Positions 8,274-17,949 of a DNA stretch of 64,000 nucleotides are shown here, piece by piece. The stretch is from Chloroflexota bacterium. Lineage in GTDB: Bacteria; Chloroflexota; Anaerolineae; Promineifilales; Promineifilaceae. The notes beneath the pieces were generated by a model. That model saw nothing but the letters and a program-made list of their open reading frames with translations. It searched no databases and was not told the DNA's origin. The position numbers were made by a program, and so were the translations under genes. Position 1 is the stretch's first letter, and every line of letters starts with the position of its first letter. The DNA is taken from the NCBI GenBank assembly GCA_014584575.1, contig JACTMP010000063.1, positions 1 through 64,000 on the forward strand. The letters run 5' to 3'.

Positions 8274-9581
8274 ATGCCGAAAATTATCAATTTTGGAGAG
8301 GTAGTGATGCGAATTTTAGCGATTGCCTGGAAAGATTTGAGTATTACGTTTCGGGATCGGAATGCGCTGTTTTTGATGATTCTGGCGCCGTTGGTGTTGT
8401 CGTTCATTATTGGCGCATCGTTTGGTAACTTTTTGATCGGCGGCAGCAGCGTGCCCTTTGACCAGATTCCGGTGCTGGTAGTGAATGACGATGCCGGCGA
8501 CATGGGGCAGCAGTTTGTGGCTACTATGCAGGCAGGCGAACTGGCCGACCTGCTGCTGGTGACGCAGATGGATGACCTGGACGAGGCGCGGGCCATTGTG
8601 CAGCAGGGGGACGCGCGGGCAGCGGTGCATATTCCGGCGGGGTTTTCTACGGCCGTGCGCGGCGAAACCCCGGCCACATCCCCCACCATCATCGCCTTTT
8701 ACGCCGATCCCACCGCCACCCTTACGCCAAACATTGTGCGCGGCATTGTGGTGCGCATCACCAACAGCTTTAACACCGGCGCCATTGGGGCGCAGGTGAC
8801 GGTAGAGCAGTTGATGGGGCAAACGGCCGTGTTGGGGCCGGCATTAGCGCAGTTAGGGGCCGTGCTGGAGGAACAAATTGGGTCGCAGATGGAGCAGGGT
8901 AACGGCCGTGCCGCCAACGGCCGTGCCGCGATCACATTACGCCAGCTTACGGTGGGTGAAATTGAAGAACCGTTGGAAATCAGCCCCTTTGCCTTTTTTG
9001 CGCCCAGCATGGGCATCCTTTTCCTCATGTTTGCCATGATGGACAGCACCCGCTCCATCCTGGAAGAAGAGCGAGAAGGCACGCTGCCCCGGCTGCTGAC
9101 CACGCCCATTGCGCATAGCGAATTGTTGTTGGGCAAAGTGGGCGGCGTTTTTGTGGCGGGCATTATCCAGTTTGTGGTCTTTGTGGTGGCCTCGCGGTTG
9201 TTGTTTCAGCTAAATTGGGGCCATTCGGCGTCCGGGTTGGCGCTGATGGTGCTGGCGATTGTGCTGGCCTACACCGGCCTGGGGCTGCTTATTGCCGCCT
9301 TTGCCAGAGACGTGAACCAGGCCGCCATTTTCGGTTCGGTCATTTCGCTGGTATTTGCGGCGTTGGGGGGCAATTTTGTCAACGCGCAGAATTTCCCGCC
9401 CTGGCTGGATCAGTTGAGCAAGATCACCATCAACCGCTGGGGCATTGATGGCCTGACGGCGCTGACCATTTACGACGGCGGCCTGAACGACGTTTTATTA
9501 CCGGCGGCCATTTTATTGAGCATTGGCGACCTGTTTTTCCTGCTGGCGCTGTGGCAGTTTGGCCGGCGGATAAAGAGGTAA
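8274..9581 (+). CDS. ABC-2 family transporter permease
   Basis: N-terminal TM segment, a large extracytoplasmic loop, then a C-terminal six-TM ABC-2 bundle. Follows the ABC ATPase. Likely start is the ATG at 8307 (MRILAIAWKDL). Confidence 0.7.
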   Translation: MPKIINFGEVVMRILAIAWKDLSITFRDRNALFLMILAPLVLSFIIGASFGNFLIGGSSVPFDQIPVLVVNDDAGDMGQQFVATMQAGELADLLLVTQMDDLDEARAIVQQGDARAAVHIPAGFSTAVRGETPATSPTIIAFYADPTATLTPNIVRGIVVRITNSFNTGAIGAQVTVEQLMGQTAVLGPALAQLGAVLEEQIGSQMEQGNGRAANGRAAITLRQLTVGEIEEPLEISPFAFFAPSMGILFLMFAMMDSTRSILEEEREGTLPRLLTTPIAHSELLLGKVGGVFVAGIIQFVVFVVASRLLFQLNWGHSASGLALMVLAIVLAYTGLGLLIAAFARDVNQAAIFGSVISLVFAALGGNFVNAQNFPPWLDQLSKITINRWGIDGLTALTIYDGGLNDVLLPAAILLSIGDLFFLLALWQFGRRIKR

Positions 9582-9622
9582 CTGGGTAATTATCCAATCA
9601 CGTGTCTTCTCAATATCTCGTG

Positions 9623-9668
9623 GAGGAGTGCGCATCCTCAGATGCGCATCTGAGGATGCGCACTCCTC
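9623..9668. repeat. 46 nt perfect palindrome (CATCCTCAGATGC family) between the two permease genes
   Basis: gaggagtgcgcatcctcagatgcgcatctgaggatgcgcactcctc, verified as its own reverse complement. Confidence 0.85.
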
Positions 9669-9725
9669 TCACCCCCATTTATTGAGATGATACCAATTAC
9701 CCAATTACATTCTTGAGGATAAACC

Positions 9726-10961
9726 ATGTTACGCAATACATTCGACATGATGATTCATTACCTGCGGTTGACGTATGGGGAGCGGTCTACATTGATTTTT
9801 CAGATTGCCATGCCGCTGTTGTTTACCTTTCTGGTGGGGCAGGCGACCGGCGGTTTTGGCGGCGGCGGCACTATCAGCAGCACGGCCGTTACCTGGACGG
9901 TGGCGGTGGTGAATGAGGACGGGGGCGCGTATAGCACGCTCCTGGTGGACGGGTTGCAGGCCGACCCGACGTTGGTGGTGGCGCCGGTGGCTGATGAGGA
10001 CACGGCCGTGACGCAAGTCGAAGACGGCACGGTTACGGCGGCGCTGGTCATTCCGGCGGCGTTCAGCCAGCAGTTAGCTGCCGGGCAGGGGGCGAACCTG
10101 GATTTCTACAGCGACCCGGCCAATACGCGCCAGGTGCAGCCGGTGCAAGAGGCGGTCAACGCCGCCATCAGCCAGTTGCAGGGGGCGCTGACGGCAGCGG
10201 CCATTTCCGCAGGCACGGCGGCCGAATTGGGTCTGTTTGACCAGGGCGTTGAACCGGTAGATTACCGGCTGGCCGCCGTACAATTGGCGCAAACAGCCTG
10301 GCAGCATCCGCCCACGGCCGTGCAAATCAACGAAGACGAACTGGTCATCAGCGTCACCGACATCATCCCCAACGGCATTAACCAATCCTCGCCGGGCATG
10401 ATGGCTATGTTTGCCACTTTCGGCATGTTGGGCGGGGCGGCCGTGCTGATTCAGGAGCGGCAGTGGGGCACACTGCGGCGGCTGGCCGTCATGCCCATTC
10501 GCAAAGGCAGCATTATTGGCGGCAAACTGATGGGCATTGTCACCGCCGGTGTCCTGCAAATGGTCATTCTCATTATCGCCGGGGCGCTGCTGTTTCGTGT
10601 GGCCTGGGGCAATTCCCCGGCGGCGCTGGCGCTGATGGTGGTCAGTTTTGCCCTGGCGATGTCTGGTCTGGGTATGATGATGGCGGCGTTGGTGAAGACG
10701 ATTGCCCAGGCCAATGCGCTGGGCACGGTGCTGGTGTTGTCCATGTCCGCCTTGGGTGGCGCCTGGTGGCCGCTGGAGATTGTGCCGGACTGGCTGCAAA
10801 CGGTGGGCAAACTATCACCAATTTACTGGGCGATGAGCGGCTTTCAGGACATTATCACGCGGGGGTGGGGGGTGACGGCCGTGCTGCCGGAAGTGCTGGT
10901 GTTGATGGGCTTTACGGCCGTGTTCCTGGTCATCGGTCTCTGGCGCTTCAAATACGAGTGA
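9726..10961 (+). CDS. ABC-2 family transporter permease (second)
   Basis: Same architecture as 8274..9581: N-terminal TM, loop, C-terminal TM bundle. Confidence 0.7.
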   Translation: MLRNTFDMMIHYLRLTYGERSTLIFQIAMPLLFTFLVGQATGGFGGGGTISSTAVTWTVAVVNEDGGAYSTLLVDGLQADPTLVVAPVADEDTAVTQVEDGTVTAALVIPAAFSQQLAAGQGANLDFYSDPANTRQVQPVQEAVNAAISQLQGALTAAAISAGTAAELGLFDQGVEPVDYRLAAVQLAQTAWQHPPTAVQINEDELVISVTDIIPNGINQSSPGMMAMFATFGMLGGAAVLIQERQWGTLRRLAVMPIRKGSIIGGKLMGIVTAGVLQMVILIIAGALLFRVAWGNSPAALALMVVSFALAMSGLGMMMAALVKTIAQANALGTVLVLSMSALGGAWWPLEIVPDWLQTVGKLSPIYWAMSGFQDIITRGWGVTAVLPEVLVLMGFTAVFLVIGLWRFKYE

Positions 10962-10968
10962 TGGGTGA

Positions 10969-11002
10969 GCCGTGACGGCCGTAGCGCGCTACGGCCGTCA
11001 CG
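10969..11002. terminator. 34 nt perfect palindrome built from two ACGGCCGT octamers, directly after the permease stop
   Basis: ccgtgacggccgtagcgcgctacggccgtcacgg. Confidence 0.5.
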
Positions 11003-11198
11003 GCTTACGAATTACTCATGGCACGGCCGTGAAACTGTGTTATACTCCTGCCTGTCCTCCGCAAGGAGGATAGTTTTATTATCAACATGGTTTGGAAATT
11101 ACCAATTGGATGCCCGCCCAGGTTGGCCGGGCATTTTTTGTGGCAGCAGGATGGCTCTTACGTAATGGGACGGGCTGGCTGTGAGTCCGCAAAGGGCA

Positions 11199-11256
11199 GA
11201 GATTCGAGATTCGAGATTGGTAAATCTCCAATCTCGAATCTCCAATCTCCAATCTC
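11199..11256. repeat. inverted heptamer arrays GAGATTC/GAGATTG and reverse complement (hairpin) upstream of the helicase start
   Basis: gagattcgagattcgagattggtaaatctccaatctcgaatctccaatctccaatctc. Confidence 0.8.
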
Positions 11257-11272
11257 AACACGTAGGAGCAAC

Positions 11273-12928
11273 ATGACAACTGATTTTTCATCTTTAGGTC
11301 TGCATCCGCAGGTGGTGCAGGCTGTTACGGAACTGGGGTTTACGGAGCCGACGCCGATTCAAACGGCCGTCATCCCCCTCATGCTCAATGGACAAGACAT
11401 TATTGGTCAGGCGCAAACAGGCACCGGCAAAACGGCCGCCTTTGGCCTGCCCATCTTGCACAGCCTCACGCCGGGCGCGGGGCGGGTGCAGGCGCTCATC
11501 GTCACCCCCACCCGTGAACTGGCGCTGCAAGTGGCGGGGGCGTTGGAGGGCTACGGTCGTTATCGGCAGGCAACGGTGCTGGCGATTTATGGCGGGCAGG
11601 CTTACGGCCGTCAGAAGCGCCAGTTACGCCAGGGTGAAGTAGACATCGTGGTGGGCACACCCGGCCGTCTGCTTGACCTGATCCAGCAAAAAATCCTCGA
11701 CCTCAGCCAGGTACAATTCCTGGTATTGGACGAAGCGGACGAGATGCTCAGTATGGGCTTCATTGAAGATATGGAAGCGATCCTGGCGCAAACGCCGGAA
11801 AGTCGCCAGACCGCCCTTTTCTCCGCCACCATGCCCGCCGAAATTCGCCGCCTGGCAGACAAGTACCTGCGCCAGCCACAAGCCATTACCATCCAGCGCC
11901 AACAGATGACGGTGGCGGCCATTGAGCAGCGCTATTACCTGGTGAACGAAGCCGACAAATTGGCCGCGCTCACCCGCCTCTTTGAGGTGGAAGAAATGAT
12001 CAGCGTCCTTATCTTTGCCCGCACCCGGCAGGGCACAGGCGAACTGGCAAACGAACTGACGGTGCGGGGCTTTCCGGCAGAAGCGCTGAACGGCGACCTC
12101 AGCCAGGACAACCGCGAACAGGTCTTGAACCGTTTCCGCCAGAATCAGATCAAAGTGTTGGTGGCTACCGATGTGGCCGCGCGCGGGCTGGACATTGAAG
12201 ATATTTCGCACGTGATTAACTTCGATTTGCCCACCGACCCGGAAATTTTTGTGCATCGTATTGGCCGCACCGGGCGGGCCGGGAAAACCGGCATTGCCAT
12301 TTCGCTGGTGACGCCCAAAGAGCAGTTCCGCCGCCGCAAAATTGAGCGGTACACCCGGCAGGATATGACGCGACGGCCGTTGCCCACCACCGCCGAAATT
12401 CAGGCGCACCGGGAGACGCAGTTGGTGGAAAGTATGCTGGTCTGGCTGCGGCGCGGGCGCTGCCGCCAGGAGAAAGAGATAGTGGAAAAGCTGGTGGCCG
12501 AAGGGTATGATGCCGTAGAAATTGCTGCCGCCGCCCTGAAACTGGCCCGCGCTGAAGAAAAGCAGCGTCCCATCTTCCCGGTGAGCGAGGTGGTGGACGA
12601 GCCAATGCGTGGGCGCAACGGCCGTACTCCCACCCATCACACCGCCCCACGAGTACCAGGGCACGGCCGTGCCGCTGCCAACCGCTCCCACGAAAAAGGT
12701 ATGATTCGCCTCAGCCTCAACGCCGGGAAACAGCAGGGCCTCCGCCCCAACGACGTGGTCGGCACCATCGCTTTCCACGCTGATATTCCCGGTCGGGCCA
12801 TTGGCGCCATCCAGATTCAAGAGCAGCACACCCTGGTGGATGTGCCGGAGCAGTTTGTGGCCCAGGTCTTAGCCAAAAACGGCAAGTATCAGGTCCGCAG
12901 ACGGCCGTTGACGGTAGAAAGAGTGTAA
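11273..12928 (+). CDS. DEAD-box ATP-dependent RNA helicase with C-terminal DbpA-like RNA-binding domain
   Basis: Q-motif region, Walker A (AQTGTGKT), DEAD box (LVLDEADEM), SAT, HRIGRTGRAG. C-terminal RRM-like tail. The ORF-track start at 11087 runs through the repeat, so the real start is ATGACAACTG at 11273. Confidence 0.85.
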   Translation: MTTDFSSLGLHPQVVQAVTELGFTEPTPIQTAVIPLMLNGQDIIGQAQTGTGKTAAFGLPILHSLTPGAGRVQALIVTPTRELALQVAGALEGYGRYRQATVLAIYGGQAYGRQKRQLRQGEVDIVVGTPGRLLDLIQQKILDLSQVQFLVLDEADEMLSMGFIEDMEAILAQTPESRQTALFSATMPAEIRRLADKYLRQPQAITIQRQQMTVAAIEQRYYLVNEADKLAALTRLFEVEEMISVLIFARTRQGTGELANELTVRGFPAEALNGDLSQDNREQVLNRFRQNQIKVLVATDVAARGLDIEDISHVINFDLPTDPEIFVHRIGRTGRAGKTGIAISLVTPKEQFRRRKIERYTRQDMTRRPLPTTAEIQAHRETQLVESMLVWLRRGRCRQEKEIVEKLVAEGYDAVEIAAAALKLARAEEKQRPIFPVSEVVDEPMRGRNGRTPTHHTAPRVPGHGRAAANRSHEKGMIRLSLNAGKQQGLRPNDVVGTIAFHADIPGRAIGAIQIQEQHTLVDVPEQFVAQVLAKNGKYQVRRRPLTVERV

Positions 12929-12981
12929 TCAGGGTGGGGTGGGCAGCAATTATACCGGCTCACGCTGGTGGGCTGACCGGC

Positions 12982-13986
12982 TCATTTAGCCGGTTGGCGA
13001 ACCCATTGTAATATCTCTTGCAGAGCGGCAAAGCTGAGGCGTTCCATCTTTTCCAGGCGGCGTGGCTCTTGCAGGCTTTGGTACAGGATGGTGTGTTCCT
13101 GTTCATCACCACCCATGGCGTGGTCGGCCAGCATGACTAAAGCGGCGGGGCGGGGGGCGATATTCTTCACGTAGCGACTGAGCAAATAGGTGTAGGGGTT
13201 GTTGTTGTGGAAGATGTGGGCAGGCGTGAAACCAGCCTGTGCCCGGCCAATGGCAATGACACCCTGAATCTGAGGAACATGGCTGGCCCACAAGAGCGCC
13301 AACCCGGCGGCTAACGGCTGACCAATGATCACCGGCGGGCTGGGGAGCATTTGAATGAGCATCCGCAAGTCACTGTTCAGGTCATCCGGTTTGAGGCGGT
13401 TCTGACTGCTGGCATGTAGCAGATAGCGCAGGGGGTCCAGACCAAACACTTCATAACCTGCCTGCGCCAGCTTGGTGCAAACCACGTCATCGGTTTTGCC
13501 AAAGCTGCCATAGGAGGCCAGGTAAAGCAACGTGGGGGGGGGCACTTCGGTGGTTATGGCCGGGTATTGGTAACTTTCCATCATGGAGCCAGGGCCAAGG
13601 GGCCAGAGGTTGACACGGCCGTAGGCCGAATCTGGCGTTCCCAACAGCCCGATGTTTATCTTGCCAAATCGTTCCTTTGCCCACTCACGGATGGCGTGCA
13701 GGTCGTGGTCAAACCGTTCATCCCCCATCGAGCCTTCGCTTTCTCCGGTGCCCCGCAGGTCAAAAACCAGATGGGCCACCTTGCGCTGCGCCCCAAAATA
13801 CTGAACTTCTTGCCGGGCGCAGGTGATGACGCTGCTTTTTGTCAGTGGGAATTTGGGCACCCACACCCGCAGAGATGTCAGGTCTTCGTCAGGGATGTCT
13901 GGCGGACGTACCAGAATACAATCCAGATACAAATCATCATCGGTCAAAATACCAAAGGGTTCTTCAATATATGGTTGAGAAGTCAT
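12982..13986 (-). CDS. hypothetical protein, alpha/beta-hydrolase-fold-like with a non-canonical nucleophile region
   Basis: The lipase/esterase-like topology DLRGTGESEG...INIGLLGTPDSAYG lacks a clean GxSxG. Assignment is weak. Confidence 0.3.
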   Translation of the reverse strand: MTSQPYIEEPFGILTDDDLYLDCILVRPPDIPDEDLTSLRVWVPKFPLTKSSVITCARQEVQYFGAQRKVAHLVFDLRGTGESEGSMGDERFDHDLHAIREWAKERFGKINIGLLGTPDSAYGRVNLWPLGPGSMMESYQYPAITTEVPPPTLLYLASYGSFGKTDDVVCTKLAQAGYEVFGLDPLRYLLHASSQNRLKPDDLNSDLRMLIQMLPSPPVIIGQPLAAGLALLWASHVPQIQGVIAIGRAQAGFTPAHIFHNNNPYTYLLSRYVKNIAPRPAALVMLADHAMGGDEQEHTILYQSLQEPRRLEKMERLSFAALQEILQWVRQPAK

Positions 13987-14060
13987 GGATGTGTTGCCTA
14001 TGGCGTGTAACGCATCGTGTCTGCGGTCAGGATTACACGATAGGCCATATTACCCGCCAT

Positions 14061-15593
14061 TTAATTCTCCTGGGTTTCATTTTCCAGGTCTCTATCATAC
14101 TGATAATTTGGAATTTGGGCAGTAACTCTATTGTACGCCTCGATGATGGTTTGTGCCGGGTTGAAGTAGCCGCTGAGCATCTCTTGTAGGGTGATGGCGA
14201 TGGTTAGTTTTTCATACAGGGTGGTGAGCAGCGCCCCCTGCCCCTGCCGGATGCCCCAGCGGGGGGCGGCGGCGACGCCCTCACGCAGTTGCGTGATCCT
14301 ATCAGCGCCATACAGGTCAGCCAGCGCTGGCCCACCGGGTAAGGGAGTGTACCCCCAGCTATCTATGAATTGTCTGGGGTTGTCGGCTGTGCCCCATCGC
14401 AGGGGCACTTTCCGTTCGCTGTTTACGCCCAGCCATGTTTCGTACCCTTCGTTGAACCAGAAGTTGGCAAAGGCTACGGCCGTGTCCACGTCGGCGGCGT
14501 TGGTAATGCCCAGGTTGCGTAAGTTGCTGAATCCGGCAGCGGTGTTTTCCGTGCCCTGAATTTCGGTGACGATGCCACTGTTTTCGGCCAGGAAGCGAGG
14601 AGACCCCGCACACTCCGGGCAGGTCGGCGGCAGCGCCTCATCTAAGCCTGCCAGCAAGGGCAGCATTTCTGGCCCGGCTAGGATCAGACCGGTGCGCCCG
14701 GCCAGGTAGGCATTGCGGGTGCTGGTGTCCGTTTGCACACCAATGGGGCTGAACTGGTTGACAATGCGGTAGTAGAAATCCAGCGCTTCACGGCAAGGGG
14801 GATCAGGCAGCAGCACTTCCCCTTTGTCATCAATCAGGTCACAGCCATTGGCTAAGGCCATCTGTTCAAATGCCTGGTGGGTGGTGACCAGATTGGATTC
14901 GGTGGGAATGACAAAACCGGCGCGCAAGTTTTCGCGGTCGGTGGTGGCTTCGGCGGCGGCATACATGGCCGCAAAGTCATCGGGTATCGGCAGGTTGGCT
15001 TCGTCAAACCAGTCGGTGCGGTAGATGAGTAGTTGTTTGTAGCCATCGCTGGGCAGGGCGGAAATTTGCCCATTGAGTGTGACCAATTCCAGGGCGGCGG
15101 GGTCAAAGGTGTCGCGGCCGATTTGGTTCACGGCCGTTTCCGCCGCTGCCGGGTTTAAGATGCCTCGTTCTGCCCAGCCGGCAGTGTATTCGATGGGGTG
15201 GATGATGATGTCGGGTAGGGTGCCGGAGAGGACGGCCGTGTTGACCAGATTCGGTAACAGCAAGGGTGATACAAACATCAACTCCACATCTACCTGGGCC
15301 GCATCGGTGAACGCCGCCGCCATCTCTTGCACGGCCGTGCGGTGTTCGGCCGAGGTTTCATTTACCCATACCTTAATGGAGCCATAGGGTGCGGCGGGCA
15401 GTGTGGATTCAGTAGACGCCAGGGTAGGCATGGGCGTGCCCTCTACCGTCAGCAGTAACTTTTCTGGCGTTGGTGTTGGCGTCCAGGCCGCACGTGTCGC
15501 TTCTGTTTCCAGCCGTGGGGGTGTACCCATCTGGCAGGCGGTGAGGAGAAGCAGGCAGATGATTGTAATGTTTTGTATGATTTTCTTTTTCAC
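14061..15593 (-). CDS. ABC transporter extracellular solute-binding lipoprotein (family 1, sugar-type)
   Basis: Lipobox (LLLTAC), size, and the WVNETSAEH...AAAFT region typical of SBP family 1. Confidence 0.65.
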   Translation of the reverse strand: MKKKIIQNITIICLLLLTACQMGTPPRLETEATRAAWTPTPTPEKLLLTVEGTPMPTLASTESTLPAAPYGSIKVWVNETSAEHRTAVQEMAAAFTDAAQVDVELMFVSPLLLPNLVNTAVLSGTLPDIIIHPIEYTAGWAERGILNPAAAETAVNQIGRDTFDPAALELVTLNGQISALPSDGYKQLLIYRTDWFDEANLPIPDDFAAMYAAAEATTDRENLRAGFVIPTESNLVTTHQAFEQMALANGCDLIDDKGEVLLPDPPCREALDFYYRIVNQFSPIGVQTDTSTRNAYLAGRTGLILAGPEMLPLLAGLDEALPPTCPECAGSPRFLAENSGIVTEIQGTENTAAGFSNLRNLGITNAADVDTAVAFANFWFNEGYETWLGVNSERKVPLRWGTADNPRQFIDSWGYTPLPGGPALADLYGADRITQLREGVAAAPRWGIRQGQGALLTTLYEKLTIAITLQEMLSGYFNPAQTIIEAYNRVTAQIPNYQYDRDLENETQEN

Positions 15594-15613
15594 TTTTTCA
15601 CCCTATCACTATT

Positions 15614-16387
15614 TCACCCCTTCACCCGTTCATAAATCACCCGCAGCCCGGTCAAGGTTAGCCAGGGATCAATGTGGTCAATCACGGCCGTGTGCGGCGC
15701 AATCTGATGGATCAACCCACCGGTGCCCAGGATGCGAATAGGCAGCTGTTCCCGGTCAGGATGTTCGGCGCGTAGACGGATAATCATACCTTCAATGAGG
15801 GAAACATACCCCAGGATGAGGCCTGACTGCATGGCATGGACAGTATTGCGCCCGATGGCGGTGGGTGGCGCTTCTAATGCCACATGGCTCAATTTGGCGG
15901 CGCGGCGGGCCAGGGCGTCGGCCGCCAGCCCCAGACCGGGGGCAATAACCCCGCCCAAGAATTCGGCGCGCGCCGATATCACATCCAGTTTGGTCGCTGT
16001 GCCCATGTCTATAATAATGCTGGGGCCGGGAAAGAGGTGATAGGCCGCGACGCCATTTACCAGTCGGTCGGCGCCAACAGCTTCGGGTATGTCCACGTTA
16101 ATGGTTAGCCCCAGGTCAAGCGCCGCTTTGACGATGAGCGGCTGGCAGTCCAGGTATTGTTGGCTGACGTCGGTAAAAGTTTGGGTAAGAACGGGCACAA
16201 CCGAGGAAATGACAACGCCCTGGATAGGGGGCAGATTGGCATCGCGCAGTAACCCTTTGAGCAGCAAGCCGTATTCGTCCGCAGTGCGGGCCGAGTTGGT
16301 CTGTAGACGCCACTGCTGCTGCCAGACGTGGTCTTTCCAGACACCTGAGGTGATGTTGGTATTGCCAATATCAATTGCCAGTAACAT
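15614..16387 (-). CDS. coaX: type III pantothenate kinase
   Basis: MLLAIDIGNTNITSGVW N-terminus, ASKHA-fold motifs (GADRL, GTATKLD), ~257 aa. Confidence 0.8.
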   Translation of the reverse strand: MLLAIDIGNTNITSGVWKDHVWQQQWRLQTNSARTADEYGLLLKGLLRDANLPPIQGVVISSVVPVLTQTFTDVSQQYLDCQPLIVKAALDLGLTINVDIPEAVGADRLVNGVAAYHLFPGPSIIIDMGTATKLDVISARAEFLGGVIAPGLGLAADALARRAAKLSHVALEAPPTAIGRNTVHAMQSGLILGYVSLIEGMIIRLRAEHPDREQLPIRILGTGGLIHQIAPHTAVIDHIDPWLTLTGLRVIYERVKG

Positions 16388-16431
16388 ATTGTTCTGATGG
16401 CGCGCGGCCTGTCACCAACTCGTTCCTTAGC

Positions 16432-16869
16432 TTATTCCCGGATGATGAGCCAGACGCCCAGTAAGAGGATGAGGATACCAGCGGCCTTTTGTAGGGTCAA
16501 CGGCCGTAGCTCACCTCCTAACCACCCATAATGATCAAACACGGCCCCCAACACAAACTGCGTTGTCACCATAATGGTGAAGGCCACCGCCAGACCTAAA
16601 CGGGGCACCGCATAACTAATCGCACCAATGATGACCAGCCCACATACCCCTGCCAACGCCACATACCAGGGCACCGTGCGAAACGCCGCCAGATTCCCCC
16701 CACGCAGCGCCACCATCACCAGGGCAATCACCAGCCCGCCCAGGCCATAGGTGATGAACACGCTTTCCAATGTGCCCATGCCTCTATCCATCATGCCGTT
16801 AAAACGCGCCTGAATCACCACCGCCACCCCACCGAGAATAGCGATGAAAATGGGCCAATAACTCCACAT
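16432..16869 (-). CDS. DMT-superfamily small membrane protein (DUF606/YdcZ-like)
   Basis: 145 aa with four TM helices and the YdcZ-like pattern. Confidence 0.5.
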   Translation of the reverse strand: MWSYWPIFIAILGGVAVVIQARFNGMMDRGMGTLESVFITYGLGGLVIALVMVALRGGNLAAFRTVPWYVALAGVCGLVIIGAISYAVPRLGLAVAFTIMVTTQFVLGAVFDHYGWLGGELRPLTLQKAAGILILLLGVWLIIRE

Positions 16870-16887
16870 GGGCTTTCACTCCAGGAA

Positions 16888-16928
16888 ATAATTGGGTAAT
16901 TACTAAATTACCCAATTACTCAATTACC
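16888..16928. repeat. near-palindromic heptamer array (GGGTAATT / AATTACC) between convergent or adjacent genes
   Basis: aataattgggtaattactaaattacccaattactcaattacc. Confidence 0.75.
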
Positions 16929-17932
16929 TTCTTCCGCCGTATCTTGTGCAGCCATTGTTGTAAACGGCCGTCCCCCTTCTCCTCTGCTTCCTCCGCCTGG
17001 TGCAGTAGTTCGGGGGGGAGTTGGTGTAAATCTTCGGGTGGCACCGGACGGACAATCAGATGATCGTCTACCAGTTCCATGCGGGCACGGCCGTGTAAAT
17101 TCAGCGCCTCTCGGTACTGCTTTGGCAGTTGCAGCCGCCCCACCGAATCCAATACTACCAGCTCCTCAAAGTGGTCTTCATGGTGGTCACTGTCCACTTC
17201 AGTGGCCGCTTCCATAGCGGTATCCGGCCGGCGACGACGGCGCACTGTCTCGCTGGCGGCCTTGCCATCCCGAATCTGCATCACCCGCTGCACATGCCGG
17301 GCAATCGTCGGGTCATGGCTGACGATGAGGATGGTCAGCCCCAACTCCCGGTTGAGCGTCTGGAACGCCTCATAAATCGTCAGCGCCGTGGCCGAATCCA
17401 GTTCCCCCGTCGGCTCATCGGCCAGCAAAATCCGGGGATTATTTGCCAGGGCCACAGCTATAGCCACCCGCTGCTGCTCGCCGCCGGACATCTGCCCCAA
17501 CTTGTGGTAACGGCGGTGAGACAACTGCACCATTTCCAGCAGTTCGGCGGCATGTTGGCGGGTGCGACGGCCGTGAACCCCCGCCAGCGTCATCGGCATC
17601 TCCACATTTTCTAGCGCATTCAGGTAGGGAATCAGGTTACGCGCCCCCTGCTGCCAGACAAACCCTACTTTTTCCCGGCGATACTTGTTAATCTGCGCGT
17701 CCGACAACTTGAGCAGGTCGTGGCCGTCTACGATGGCGGTGCCGGCCGACGGCCGTACCAATCCCCCCAACACGTTCATCAACGTAGACTTGCCAGAGCC
17801 GCTGGCCCCCACAATGCCCATCAACTCGCCGCGCTGCACCGTCAGCTCCAGCCCTTGCAGCGCCAGCACCTCCACATCCTGAATCTTATAAATCTTGACT
17901 AAATTCTCACAAAGAATAATCGGTTCAGCCAT
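16916..17932 (-). CDS. ABC transporter ATP-binding protein (MacB/LolD-type) with ~110 aa C-terminal extension
   Basis: Walker A (GASGSGKST), signature (MSGGEQQR), Walker B (LLADEPTG), H-loop. Confidence 0.8.
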   Translation of the reverse strand: MAEPIILCENLVKIYKIQDVEVLALQGLELTVQRGELMGIVGASGSGKSTLMNVLGGLVRPSAGTAIVDGHDLLKLSDAQINKYRREKVGFVWQQGARNLIPYLNALENVEMPMTLAGVHGRRTRQHAAELLEMVQLSHRRYHKLGQMSGGEQQRVAIAVALANNPRILLADEPTGELDSATALTIYEAFQTLNRELGLTILIVSHDPTIARHVQRVMQIRDGKAASETVRRRRRPDTAMEAATEVDSDHHEDHFEELVVLDSVGRLQLPKQYREALNLHGRARMELVDDHLIVRPVPPEDLHQLPPELLHQAEEAEEKGDGRLQQWLHKIRRKKVIE

Positions 17933-17949
17933 TGTTTTGTTGTTCCAGG

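Noticed and set aside
11087-11272. Upstream extension of the DEAD-box helicase ORF to 11087.
   Set aside because: The extension translates the GAGATTC/GAGATTG hairpin arrays. A clean ATG with conserved N-terminus (MTTDFSSLGL) is at 11273.
13567-14189. Plus-strand ORFs 13567..14010 and 13839..14189 overlapping the end of the 12982..13986 gene and the intergenic region.
   Set aside because: They overlap a better-supported minus-strand gene. The translations have no motifs, so they are likely spurious.
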